Shown: positions 7,826-17,097 of the stretch, piece after piece
Layout: each line of letters opens with the position of its first letter
How positions within the stretch are numbered: position 1 is the first letter of the stretch
DNA from: Trichomonas gallinae
Lineage: Eukaryota
Direction: 5' to 3'
DNA: 32,474 nt
NCBI GenBank assembly: GCA_008369845.1
Contig: MRSU01010844.1
Span: 1 to 32,474 of the forward strand
Notes under the pieces: model-generated
Databases searched by the model: none
Told to the model about the DNA's origin: nothing
The model's input: the letters and a program-made list of their open reading frames with translations, nothing else
Position numbers and translations under genes: made by a program

Positions 7826-10132
7826 TTATATAATAAATTCAACCATTAAACAAATATATTCGATAAATTGCGAGTGAATCAATAATGTTCGTTCGTGTTT
7901 AGAGTAGTTGTAGTTTGGAATAATGTCAACTTTAGGAATATTTCCACATCCACCACTGCTGAGAAGATGTGGAATAAGACCGCAAAAAGAGTTTGAACGG
8001 TAAGTTTCTAATATCAAAACACAAGAACAAATACTTGAAACAGTAAACCTTGTGCCAATATCAGTTGGATCTGTTTCCCCTAAAAATATTATTGTCACTT
8101 CGGAAGGTATTAGAGATCCAACTTTAAGAATATTTGTTTGATTCATGAAAATAAATTTTAATGAATATAATCCATCAAAAATATGTGGTGGAATGATAAC
8201 ATCCTGAAGTAATACAATTGTACTCAGACTTTGTAAGTTTTCAAATGGCTTGAGAAGTTCTTCATAAAACATAATATTTGAATTTGGAGAAAAAACTAAC
8301 TCATATAAATTTTCACAGTTGCAAAATGAATTCCCAAAAATTGTGCATGATGGAGGAATTATAACCTTCGTGAGTTTAGGACATGATGAAAATGCATTTG
8401 GTCCAATAATATTAACATTACTTAAATCAACACTTTCTAAATCAGGAAAATCAACAAAACAGTCATCAGGAATGATTTTAACTTTGGGTGGAATTTTGAA
8501 TTTTGTGATATTCATTCCATTCAATGAATTTGTCTTAAACTCTTCAACTGTATCTGGGAGTTCAAAATCTGGAATTTTCGTATTATAAAATGAACTTTCA
8601 CCTAGAATTTTAAGATTTTGAGGGAAAACAATATTTGCTATTGTACAATAAGTAAACATATTATCACTTAAATATTCAAAATCATTAGGCAGCTTAATGG
8701 AATCAATAACACAGCTAAAAAAGCATCTATTTCCAAATGAATAATGTGGCCTCATAAGATTTGAGCGATCAATGTTGATGTGTAAATTTCTGCATAATTC
8801 AAAACATTGACAGCCGAAATAGTTAATATGATTTAAATCAATAACTCGAAGCGAATCGCATCCAAGGAAGCATCCTGTGGGAATTGTATTGACTTTCTCA
8901 TTCATATGAACTGTTTCTAAATATCTACAGTAATAAAATGCGTATGCACCAATTGATTCGAAGTTTGGTTCTATTGTATATTCTCTAATTTCTTGATTTT
9001 TAAATTTGAGCATACCAATTCTATTTTCAGTGTTGGAATTATCAGTGAATTCAAAAGATATAGAGTCAAATACATTGCTTCCAAGATTTATATTAGAATT
9101 AATTGTAACATTGTTTAATTTATCACAGTGACTGAATGCATTATTTCCGATATATTCCAGTGTGTTTGGTAAATTTATTGAAGTAAGAGAAGTACCATAA
9201 AAAGCATAATCAGGAATTACTCTCATTGTAGAAGAAAGCTGCATTGTTTCACCATTTTTCAAATGTAAAACATTAGATTCAATTTTATCTAAATATTGCC
9301 ATCCACTATATGCACCATGCGGGAGATTGTCGATATTAATGTGCTTAATTGACTGAAGGGCTTCTGTTTCAAAAGCATTTTGTCCGATATATCTAACAGA
9401 AGAAGGAATCTCAATGGAAGTAATTCCTGTTAAACTGAACGAAAAATCCAATATTTTTTCAACTGAATCATGTAAAATTACATATATTAAATGTGTACAA
9501 CCTTGAAATAAAGATAGTGATATTGTTTTCATTGATATTTTGAATGAATCTGGGAATATTAAATTACCACATGAAGCAAAAGCTTCTGATTCTATTATTT
9601 GAATACTTTCCCATTGGATTCTCAAACTGTGAAGTGATGTGCATCTAGTGAAAGCTCCTATTCCAATGAAATTGATACTATCAGGAAAACTTGCTGACTG
9701 TAAGGATTCGCAATCAGAAAATGTTAATCCTAGAATTTTATCAAGTGAGCTCGCTATTATAATAGAGTTAATTTTAGATGATCTAAAGGAACAATTGCCT
9801 AGATATGTTAAAGAATTTAGATTTCCAAGATTTATCGATAAAGATTGACATCTATAAAATGCATAGTCACCAATGTATTCAACACTTTCTGGAATATCGA
9901 TATGTTCTAATGATGTGCATCGATAAAAGGAATAACTTGAAATTTTTCTAATTCCGGAATTGAATGTGAACTCACGCAAAGCTGCGCATGAATCAAAACA
10001 CCCTTCGATAATTTCAGTGAAATTTCCTTTACTAAGATCAATTTTTGTAATCGAAATATTGTAAGCAAAAACTTGAGTAAATTCACTTCCTGATATTTCA
10101 AAGACTCCATTGCCTTTGTCAACAACATTCAT
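7826..10132 (-). CDS. BspA-like leucine-rich repeat (TpLRR/LRR_5) protein
   Basis: 768 aa with many IP/LPxSVxxIGxxAFxxCxSLxxI repeats. C-terminal Y..NSFCG motif and a hydrophobic tail; stop is in a TAAA context. Confidence 0.93.
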   Translation of the reverse strand: MNVVDKGNGVFEISGSEFTQVFAYNISITKIDLSKGNFTEIIEGCFDSCAALREFTFNSGIRKISSYSFYRCTSLEHIDIPESVEYIGDYAFYRCQSLSINLGNLNSLTYLGNCSFRSSKINSIIIASSLDKILGLTFSDCESLQSASFPDSINFIGIGAFTRCTSLHSLRIQWESIQIIESEAFASCGNLIFPDSFKISMKTISLSLFQGCTHLIYVILHDSVEKILDFSFSLTGITSIEIPSSVRYIGQNAFETEALQSIKHINIDNLPHGAYSGWQYLDKIESNVLHLKNGETMQLSSTMRVIPDYAFYGTSLTSINLPNTLEYIGNNAFSHCDKLNNVTINSNINLGSNVFDSISFEFTDNSNTENRIGMLKFKNQEIREYTIEPNFESIGAYAFYYCRYLETVHMNEKVNTIPTGCFLGCDSLRVIDLNHINYFGCQCFELCRNLHINIDRSNLMRPHYSFGNRCFFSCVIDSIKLPNDFEYLSDNMFTYCTIANIVFPQNLKILGESSFYNTKIPDFELPDTVEEFKTNSLNGMNITKFKIPPKVKIIPDDCFVDFPDLESVDLSNVNIIGPNAFSSCPKLTKVIIPPSCTIFGNSFCNCENLYELVFSPNSNIMFYEELLKPFENLQSLSTIVLLQDVIIPPHIFDGLYSLKFIFMNQTNILKVGSLIPSEVTIIFLGETDPTDIGTRFTVSSICSCVLILETYRSNSFCGLIPHLLSSGGCGNIPKVDIIPNYNYSKHERTLLIHSQFIEYICLMVEFII

Positions 10133-10308
10133 TCAAGACTTAAGCCAAGATTCTGCTTGTGAATAAAACGTGATGGCATTATTATAAAATTCTATGTTGA
10201 ATCAAACCGTTTTTTCGAGAATAATTATCTAATTTATTTTATTTATCATAAAATCATTTTAAACCTTTTGTTTTCATATTAAGTATATTTTAAATTAAAT
10301 AAATGTAA

Positions 10309-10381
10309 GGGCCTTTAGCTCACCTGGGAGAGCGTGCGACTGAAGATCGCAAGGTATGTGGTTCAAGTCCGCGAAGGCCCA
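10309..10381 (+). tRNA. trnF: tRNA-Phe (anticodon GAA), intronless, 73 nt
   Basis: Cloverleaf: acceptor GGGCCTT/AAGGCCC plus discriminator A; D-stem GCTC/GAGC; anticodon stem TGCGA/TCGCA with loop CTGAAGA; T-stem TGTGG/CCGCG with loop TTCAAGT. CCA is not encoded. Confidence 0.95.
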
Positions 10382-10388
10382 AAATGAA

Positions 10389-10400
10389 TTTTTCCTTTTT
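10389..10400 (+). terminator. Pol III oligo-T terminator of tRNA-Phe
   Basis: TTTTT at 10389-10393 and a second T5 at 10396-10400, starting 8 nt after the tRNA 3' end. Confidence 0.7.
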
Positions 10401-10405
10401 ATATT

Positions 10406-10654
10406 TTATAAAAAAGTGACATAAATTGTTAAATTATAAGCAATTTTATATAATGATTGTTTCGGAGTTGAGAGTATCATTGGCATACTCGCATGCCAAA
10501 AATGTGTAAATTTCCTTCTACTGAAAAAGAGATAAAGGAATGTTTGTGTAAATATTACAAATGCATGAAACACAAATCTTCTTAAAAGATAGAACTCAGT
10601 GGAACTAGTTACTGATGCTTTTAAGTCTTGAATCTTGCTTATAACTGTTGTCAT
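10406..10654 (-). CDS. Possible small hydrophobic protein (82 aa)
   Basis: ATG start with an Inr-like TCATT 11 nt upstream (10666-10670, minus) and a TAAA-context stop. One hydrophobic stretch; no recognisable domain. Confidence 0.3.
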   Translation of the reverse strand: MTTVISKIQDLKASVTSSTEFYLLRRFVFHAFVIFTQTFLYLFFSRRKFTHFWHASMPMILSTPKQSLYKIAYNLTIYVTFL

Positions 10655-10731
10655 GAATTTTTAAAAATGATGGAGAATTTTAATACACAACAAAATTTTT
10701 ACAAAATTACAAATCAAATAAATCGATTAAA

Positions 10732-12450
10732 TTATGTAATGGATACTTTTTGAACCATACCATAATCAAGGAACATTTTAACAATTTGCATCTGTGCGAA
10801 TTGCAGAGATATATCTAACGCTGTTCTTCCAGTGTTTGTGCAAATCATTTTGTTTGTCATCGGATGCTCAATAATCATTTTCGCAATCTTTTGGTTACCT
10901 TTCAATGCAGCATAATGCAATGCACTCCATGTTCTATTATCCAAGTGATTGATACTGATATTTGGAATAGAAAGCAGGAGTTTAACTGTTTTCGTTATAT
11001 TGTTTTTAGATGCAATAATTAATGGACTTGTCAAATTTACATCAAAAGTGTTAAAATTGAGATCTTTGATTTCAACTAACGCTTTGACACACTTGTATGA
11101 TGATCTTGATGCATAATAGAAAGCTGTTTTCCCTGTATTATCTATTTTGTCGATGTTTATCGAATTGATTTTCAACAAATATTTCAATGTTGACGCTTTG
11201 CCTTTCATTGCAGTCATATGTAGTGGGGTTCTTTCGTGTGAGTCAACTGCGTTTATGTTATAATTCTTGAATTTGAGAAAATAATCGAGCATTTGAGTTC
11301 TGCCTTTTTCTGCTGCTCTGTGGATGAATGTGAAATCATCAGTTTGTTCTACTAAATCATTATTATCGATCAGTTTCAAAATTCCTGCGAAATTATTTGA
11401 TTTTATCATGGAATAAGGAATTGTGAATCCTTTTGGATCAATACTGTCCATGTTATCGATGTATTCATACAACCAGTTGAATAACTCGTGTCTATGATAA
11501 GTTGCAGCGAAATAAGATAAATTATTAAAATCTACGCCAGATTGTAAAATTATCCTAATAATCTCATTATTTCTCCCAATTATTGCATATTTCGCTGTGG
11601 AATTGCGTTTATCATCAAAAATTGTTGGATCTGCACCAATTGTCAATAAAAATCGTGCGCAATTAACAGATCCGTATAAACATGCAACTTGTATTAGTGT
11701 TGGATGCAATAATAAGTATTTACAAGTTCCAAATAAAGGTGCTTCAATTTTTGAATTTGGATCAAAGCTTGTTTTGCAGTAATAGTCAAGCAAATCATTG
11801 AAATCGTCTTTTCTTATTATAGTAAGCAATGGAGAATCTAGTTTTCCGTTTTCTCTATAAATATCGAAATTCAACCAATTAATATTTGATCTTTCAGAGA
11901 ATTTTTGAAAAGTGGTGAACAAATTCTTCAAAACAGTAGAGTTGATCTCTATGCGTTCGCTTGTTGACATTTGCTTCATCATTATCGGAATTGTATCATT
12001 AAATTCAGGAGAAAACCAAATGAAGAATATCCACATGAATGGATGGTATTCTTCATGTGTGTTCCATAGTTTTGTGATTTTTAAGAAAACATCCTCCAAC
12101 ATAAAAACCTGAAATTTCGTGAGATAATAAACAAAGCTGATATATGTTACCTTTGCTCCAAAACTGCATCTACATATTGTCTCGAATGTTTCTTTCAATA
12201 ATAAAGCTGAAAATTTGATTTTCAATTGTATTGTCTTGAGATCAAAGAAAAATGACTTGACTCTAGATGCAATTTCCTTAACATATAATGGATAACATTT
12301 TACACTTACCAAAATGTTCTCAATTAAAGTTTCAAAATTTTGATTATTTATTGAACGCGATATTACATCAATTGCTGCCTGACTCTTGATGTCTAATAGT
12401 CCCATGAACACCTCCTGTATCATAATCACGTCGTTAACAGTGTTATTCAT
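10732..12450 (-). CDS. Ankyrin repeat protein (trichomonad DUF3447-like expansion)
   Basis: Repeats such as TPLHMTAMKGK, TAFYYAS, SPLIIASKNN, SALHYAALKGN and TALDIS, preceded by LIQVACLYGSVNC...AIIGRNNEIIRI...AATYHRHELFNWL. Inr TCATT at 12455-12459 (minus). Confidence 0.92.
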   Translation of the reverse strand: MNNTVNDVIMIQEVFMGLLDIKSQAAIDVISRSINNQNFETLIENILVSVKCYPLYVKEIASRVKSFFFDLKTIQLKIKFSALLLKETFETICRCSFGAKVTYISFVYYLTKFQVFMLEDVFLKITKLWNTHEEYHPFMWIFFIWFSPEFNDTIPIMMKQMSTSERIEINSTVLKNLFTTFQKFSERSNINWLNFDIYRENGKLDSPLLTIIRKDDFNDLLDYYCKTSFDPNSKIEAPLFGTCKYLLLHPTLIQVACLYGSVNCARFLLTIGADPTIFDDKRNSTAKYAIIGRNNEIIRIILQSGVDFNNLSYFAATYHRHELFNWLYEYIDNMDSIDPKGFTIPYSMIKSNNFAGILKLIDNNDLVEQTDDFTFIHRAAEKGRTQMLDYFLKFKNYNINAVDSHERTPLHMTAMKGKASTLKYLLKINSINIDKIDNTGKTAFYYASRSSYKCVKALVEIKDLNFNTFDVNLTSPLIIASKNNITKTVKLLLSIPNISINHLDNRTWSALHYAALKGNQKIAKMIIEHPMTNKMICTNTGRTALDISLQFAQMQIVKMFLDYGMVQKVSIT

Positions 12451-13133
12451 CGAAAATGATGTGATTCATTCAAACCCAGTTTTTGAAAGAACTTTTTCAA
12501 TAAACTTTTTTGATACAGATTTTTCTTAGAACTTTTTTATGCGTAAAACACAACCATTGTAATTATAAACAATATTGCTTAATTATAATAATTGATGTTT
12601 TTTTTGAATTTTGATGCCAAAAAAAGTGAATTTTTTGCAGAAAAAAAAGAACTTATCACGATACATATTTGTTTAGATTAGGGTATTTGATTACTAATGA
12701 TTCTTTGATTTTTGATGCCGAAAAACATTTAATTAAGCAATTCCTTAGCCAATCATTTTATTGATTCATTTACTATTGAATTGTTTATTGTCGAAGTTTG
12801 AGAAATTTTAGAATGGCAGTTCTGAGTTAAAAATTTGCTTTACTGGACCATGTGCCAACGTCATTAGTACTAATATGTTATATAATATTCATTTACTTTG
12901 TATAAAGATAAAATATATATTTTCTACTTCCCAACGTTTTGATGCATAATAATTGATTGTATGCATTTTTTGGAATTTAGTATTATAAACTTATACCCAA
13001 AATCAATAATAAAAATTAATTTAATTTTGATAAAACCTAAAAAACATAGTTAAGTTAAAGAAACATGATTTAAATACTTACAATAGTTTTTGATAACTGT
13101 GTCAAATAACAATACATAATAATATTCAAATAA

Positions 13134-14870
13134 TTAATAATTAGATCTTCTTGAAGTAACAGATTGAGATCTTCTTGGCGTTGAAACAGTTGATCTTGCT
13201 CTTGATGTAGCAATTCTTGATGTTGCCTTCATTTCGATTGCGTTCAGATCGATATCATAAAGATCTGCTAATCTTTTGAGTTGCCTCATATCAGCTTTTC
13301 CTGAAACCCTCAACGATCTGAAGTTCGTCTGCATGTCTTGCTTCTGTTTATCCAGCTTAGAAAGCATATTCATTCTCTCAGCATGAACAACTCTTCTTTC
13401 TTCTTGTATGTTTTCAACGCGAGCCATATTTTGTTCGAATCTATCTCTCAGAGCATCCATCCTCTTCTGGCGCTGCCTTTCTAGACGTTTCGCTGTCTCA
13501 ACTTTCTCTTCTTCTTTGAGTTTCCTCATGATGATCGATTTTTGTCTGTCTTTTTCTTTCTCTTTCAAAACTTCCATGAAATGTTCTTCTCTCGACTCAT
13601 GCTGCTCTTTGAGTGTCCTCATCATCTGGTCCTGCTGCTTCTTGATCCTTTCTTGTTTGCGCATGCTTGCAATCGCTGAATCTGACCTGCCGAGTCTTGC
13701 ATCTTCAGCCCTTTTTTCTCTGTACTTCAGCATCTGCTTGATTCTTCTGTTTATTTCTTCGTCTGTTGTCGCTGATGCAACTTTTCTTCTTGTTTCTTCT
13801 TCAGCTATTTTGATTCTTGTTTCTGCGTTGCGTCTGACTTTCTCTTCAAGCATCAACTTGTAGGCTTGATTTTCTTTTTCTTTTCGCTTTAAAAATTCTT
13901 TATGTTGTTCTTCCCTCTTTTTCTCTCTTTCTTCGCTTTCTCTTCTCTTTTTCTCGAGCAACTGCAATTCTCTCTGCTTGGCAGCTTCTATCTGTTGTGT
14001 TCTCTTTAGCAGCAACGCTTCATGCTCTTTCTGCAGTCTTTCTTGTTCTTTCCTTAATGTCTCCAATCTCTTCAATTCTCTCTTCTCGATTTTTCTCTGT
14101 TGAGCGAGAATTCTTCTTTGTCTTTCCTCTTCTACTTGCTGTATGTATTGTCTGTTCTGTTCCGCACGTTCTTGACGCTTCTTTTCAGCTGCTGCCATTT
14201 CCCTTAACTTCTTTTCGTGAAGTTCTTTCTGCCTTCTCAAAGCTTCTTTTTCTTTCTCAAATTGTTGCCTTCTGAACTCTGCTTCTTCAGCCAATTTGCG
14301 CTTTTCTTCGGCCTCCATCTCTTGTATTCTCTGCAGGTGCCTCTTGTGCTGCTCTTCTGCTTTCTTTCTTCGCTCGTATTCGATTTGCTGTCTTCTTTCT
14401 TCTTCCATTTGTGCTCTGTATTCGGCATCACGCTGCATTGCATCTATAGCAAGTAGAGTTGCCAACATTTGTTCGACTTCTCGCTGTTGACGCTTTTTCA
14501 TTTTTTCGATTAATAATCTATCCATGTCGACCGCATTTGTAGGCTTCATTTCGATCATTGATCTCGTTTCTGCTTGTGGTCGTGATGAATTTTGGATTAC
14601 ATTCTCTCTTTCGCGTTTGATTTGTTTAATTAATTTTCCGATGCGTTTTTTATGATGTTCTATAACGATTTTCTGCAGATCTTTGTCATCTAAATCTCGT
14701 AAGTCTTCTTTTGTAGGCATTTTCAGTTCAGATTTTAAAATGCATAAATTTTTCATCGCAGTTAAAGAAGCTTTCTCTGTTATCTTTCTCGGGTGCATAG
14801 GATCATAGTTTAAAATAGAAACAACATCGCCAGAAAGTTTGAAATCAGTGTTGCTTTCGCGATTTTCCAT
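13134..14870 (-). CDS. Charged coiled-coil / trichohyalin-like protein
   Basis: 578-aa ATG ORF in an AAAATG context, extremely E/R/K/Q-rich, with a basic Ser/Arg-rich C-terminal tail. Confidence 0.88.
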   Translation of the reverse strand: MENRESNTDFKLSGDVVSILNYDPMHPRKITEKASLTAMKNLCILKSELKMPTKEDLRDLDDKDLQKIVIEHHKKRIGKLIKQIKRERENVIQNSSRPQAETRSMIEMKPTNAVDMDRLLIEKMKKRQQREVEQMLATLLAIDAMQRDAEYRAQMEEERRQQIEYERRKKAEEQHKRHLQRIQEMEAEEKRKLAEEAEFRRQQFEKEKEALRRQKELHEKKLREMAAAEKKRQERAEQNRQYIQQVEEERQRRILAQQRKIEKRELKRLETLRKEQERLQKEHEALLLKRTQQIEAAKQRELQLLEKKRRESEEREKKREEQHKEFLKRKEKENQAYKLMLEEKVRRNAETRIKIAEEETRRKVASATTDEEINRRIKQMLKYREKRAEDARLGRSDSAIASMRKQERIKKQQDQMMRTLKEQHESREEHFMEVLKEKEKDRQKSIIMRKLKEEEKVETAKRLERQRQKRMDALRDRFEQNMARVENIQEERRVVHAERMNMLSKLDKQKQDMQTNFRSLRVSGKADMRQLKRLADLYDIDLNAIEMKATSRIATSRARSTVSTPRRSQSVTSRRSNY

Positions 14871-15645
14871 TTTTTTATTATTTTATAACGAATACAGATC
14901 ATAAAAATAAGTCGATATTTGATATGTCTATGATATAAAAATCAATTTTATTGAGTTAAAATCTCTAAATCTTTGATATTTCAAAATTATACGTTAATTC
15001 GTGATTTTGATTAATTTGTTGTAGAAACAACATCAGTAAGGAAAATAGAATATATTTACATAAAGTAACTTTTTCTTTCTCAATTTATTTGAAACAAGTT
15101 AAAAAAAAAACCAAAATTTTGTTATTATATTGCAAAATGTAGCAGGAAACTCCGATTTGAAATGATTCAATGAATTGATTCTGCAAAAAAAAAAGAAAAT
15201 TACCCCCTATAATAATACCTAGTGCAAACTGTGGCAAAACTGGGTATTCATCGATGAATATGGATTCAATAATTAGTGATGCAACGACAATATATAAGAA
15301 AATTATTTTAATCATAATTCATTGTTAAAGATTCTTCCTCATTAAGGGTGAATCAGAAAGACTTTTGGAATTATGATAATTTATGCTTTCTGATAATTTA
15401 TGTATATCCATTCTGCATTAACTTCTATTCAAAAGTCCATGAGAAGGAATTAATAACTCCATTATGATCTTCAATCAAATCAGTATTATCATGTTGATTG
15501 TGAAAATTATATATTGTTGAATGTATCAAATTCAATAATAAAATGTGACTTTACAAAGGCATAAATTTGTCAAAATTATTTGGAAAATTTAATTTTGCCA
15601 AAATGTTGGAGAATTAATGAAAATTTGACATGTAAATTAAACATT

Positions 15646-16713
15646 ATGGATATTGAGCATATCAGGAATAACATTTCGACTCTCATAAAAAACACAGATG
15701 ATCAAGGCATATTAGATATATCGTCGACAATTATTAAAAGTGGGCCAGATAACTATCATCTTTTCCAAGAATTCGATCGAGAACAATTATATCAAGTTTA
15801 TATCAACAATAAAATGAATAAATCAATTGCTAAATTGTACCTGGAAAGGGAAATGATGACTCTTAATCAACTTTCTGGAGTTTATATGCAATTTTTTGCT
15901 AAATTCAAGGCTCAACATGCTAAATGGCAGGACCTCGTTTCAGATCAAGATAAAACCGATAACATGGAGCTTATGGCCAGAAATACGCAGCCTGATATTA
16001 ATTCTAGCGAAAAGCAGATTTACAGATTTGCTCTTTATTTGTACAATTTCATGCATACGAACGCATTCCTACTGAGTAGTCGTGGTTGTCAAATTAAAGA
16101 TAACATTTACACATTCAATCAAACAATTGCACAATCTAACTTTTATTTTAATGTTCCTGACTCAAAGACTGTAGATTTCTCTATTACATACTCATCAAAA
16201 TTACCAACTAGTTTCTCAATATATTTCTTTTTCTATGATCGAGATTTTAATCGAATAAGCTATTTTCAGAAACCTCAAGACGATATGGAAGATATAAGAA
16301 ATGGTCGTCTCATTTTTAATAACCATATTGTTTGCGAAACTGATCAATCAGTAAATATTTTAATGAAATACAAAAATCAATATGAACGTAATAAAAATGA
16401 TTTCCTACATAATTATCGTTTGTGTGTATACACTACAGAAGGCCAAACATTTACATATGAAGACTCTGAAATTACAGGATTTAAAGATAATTCAGTAATT
16501 TTGAAAAATAAATTTTCAAAAACGCCTAAAAGAATGTGGTTTGAGAGAAGAAACTACCAATGGAATATACAAGAATTTAGCACTTCAAATATAAAGAAAA
16601 CAAAAAAAATTCAAATTCAATTCAACGAAGAAAAAACAAAATATTTTCAAGTTGTACTACAAACATATTCTGAAATTCAAGTTTCAGAGATGAAATTTGA
16701 AGAAAATGAATGA
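15646..16713 (+). CDS. Hypothetical protein (helical N-half, beta-rich C-half)
   Basis: Long ORF. The track starts at TTG 15580; the first ATG is at 15646 (MDIEHIR), just downstream of a TTTGACATGTAAA motif. Confidence 0.75.
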   Translation: MDIEHIRNNISTLIKNTDDQGILDISSTIIKSGPDNYHLFQEFDREQLYQVYINNKMNKSIAKLYLEREMMTLNQLSGVYMQFFAKFKAQHAKWQDLVSDQDKTDNMELMARNTQPDINSSEKQIYRFALYLYNFMHTNAFLLSSRGCQIKDNIYTFNQTIAQSNFYFNVPDSKTVDFSITYSSKLPTSFSIYFFFYDRDFNRISYFQKPQDDMEDIRNGRLIFNNHIVCETDQSVNILMKYKNQYERNKNDFLHNYRLCVYTTEGQTFTYEDSEITGFKDNSVILKNKFSKTPKRMWFERRNYQWNIQEFSTSNIKKTKKIQIQFNEEKTKYFQVVLQTYSEIQVSEMKFEENE

Positions 16714-16861
16714 TATAATTTTAATATTTTATATTTTGATGTTTTATAATAAATACCGAATTTCTATTTTAATTCCATGCGAAGCACTTGATATATATCA
16801 ACTTCATATCAATGGAATTCTAATTTATAAATTTGAAGTTAATAAATATATGTGAAACGTG

Positions 16862-17030
16862 TTAGTTAAACAAATTATCGATACTAAAATTGATTGTGAA
16901 GCTGTTGTTTATTTATGTTTGCAAGAATTAATAAATCTGAGGTTTTCTAGTATGTGACTATAATGACAGAGGTGTACATCTCTATTATGACCAGAATTAT
17001 CAGGTGTTCACACTTTTAGTTAAACAAATT
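16862..17030. repeat. Exact 15-bp direct repeat flanking 139 bp that contains a palindrome
   Basis: ttagttaaacaaatt at 16862-16876 and 17016-17030; internal near-palindrome AGAGGTGTACATCTCT at 16968-16983. Confidence 0.6.
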
Positions 17031-17097
17031 GTTGCTTGTAAAGCTTTTGTTTCTTGATTATAACAAAAATTAATAAATTTGACAAATAATTTGTAAA

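Noticed and set aside
12609..12725. ttttgatgcc(a/g)aaaaa repeated about 100 bp apart
   Set aside because: Mostly A/T runs with a 6-bp informative core; too weak to call.
13408..14490. Several plus-strand ORFs (up to 151 aa) antisense to the charged coiled-coil gene
   Set aside because: These are the S/L/F/C-rich shadow frames expected opposite E/K/R/Q codons; most have non-ATG starts.
15085..15315. 76-aa hydrophobic minus-strand ORF
   Set aside because: Hydrophobicity is explained by T-rich homopolymer runs and there is no clear Inr. A decayed gene cannot be excluded but is unsupported.
16950..16955. GTATGT donor-like site upstream of the importin-beta-like gene
   Set aside because: There is no ACTAAC...CAG acceptor between it and the ORF.
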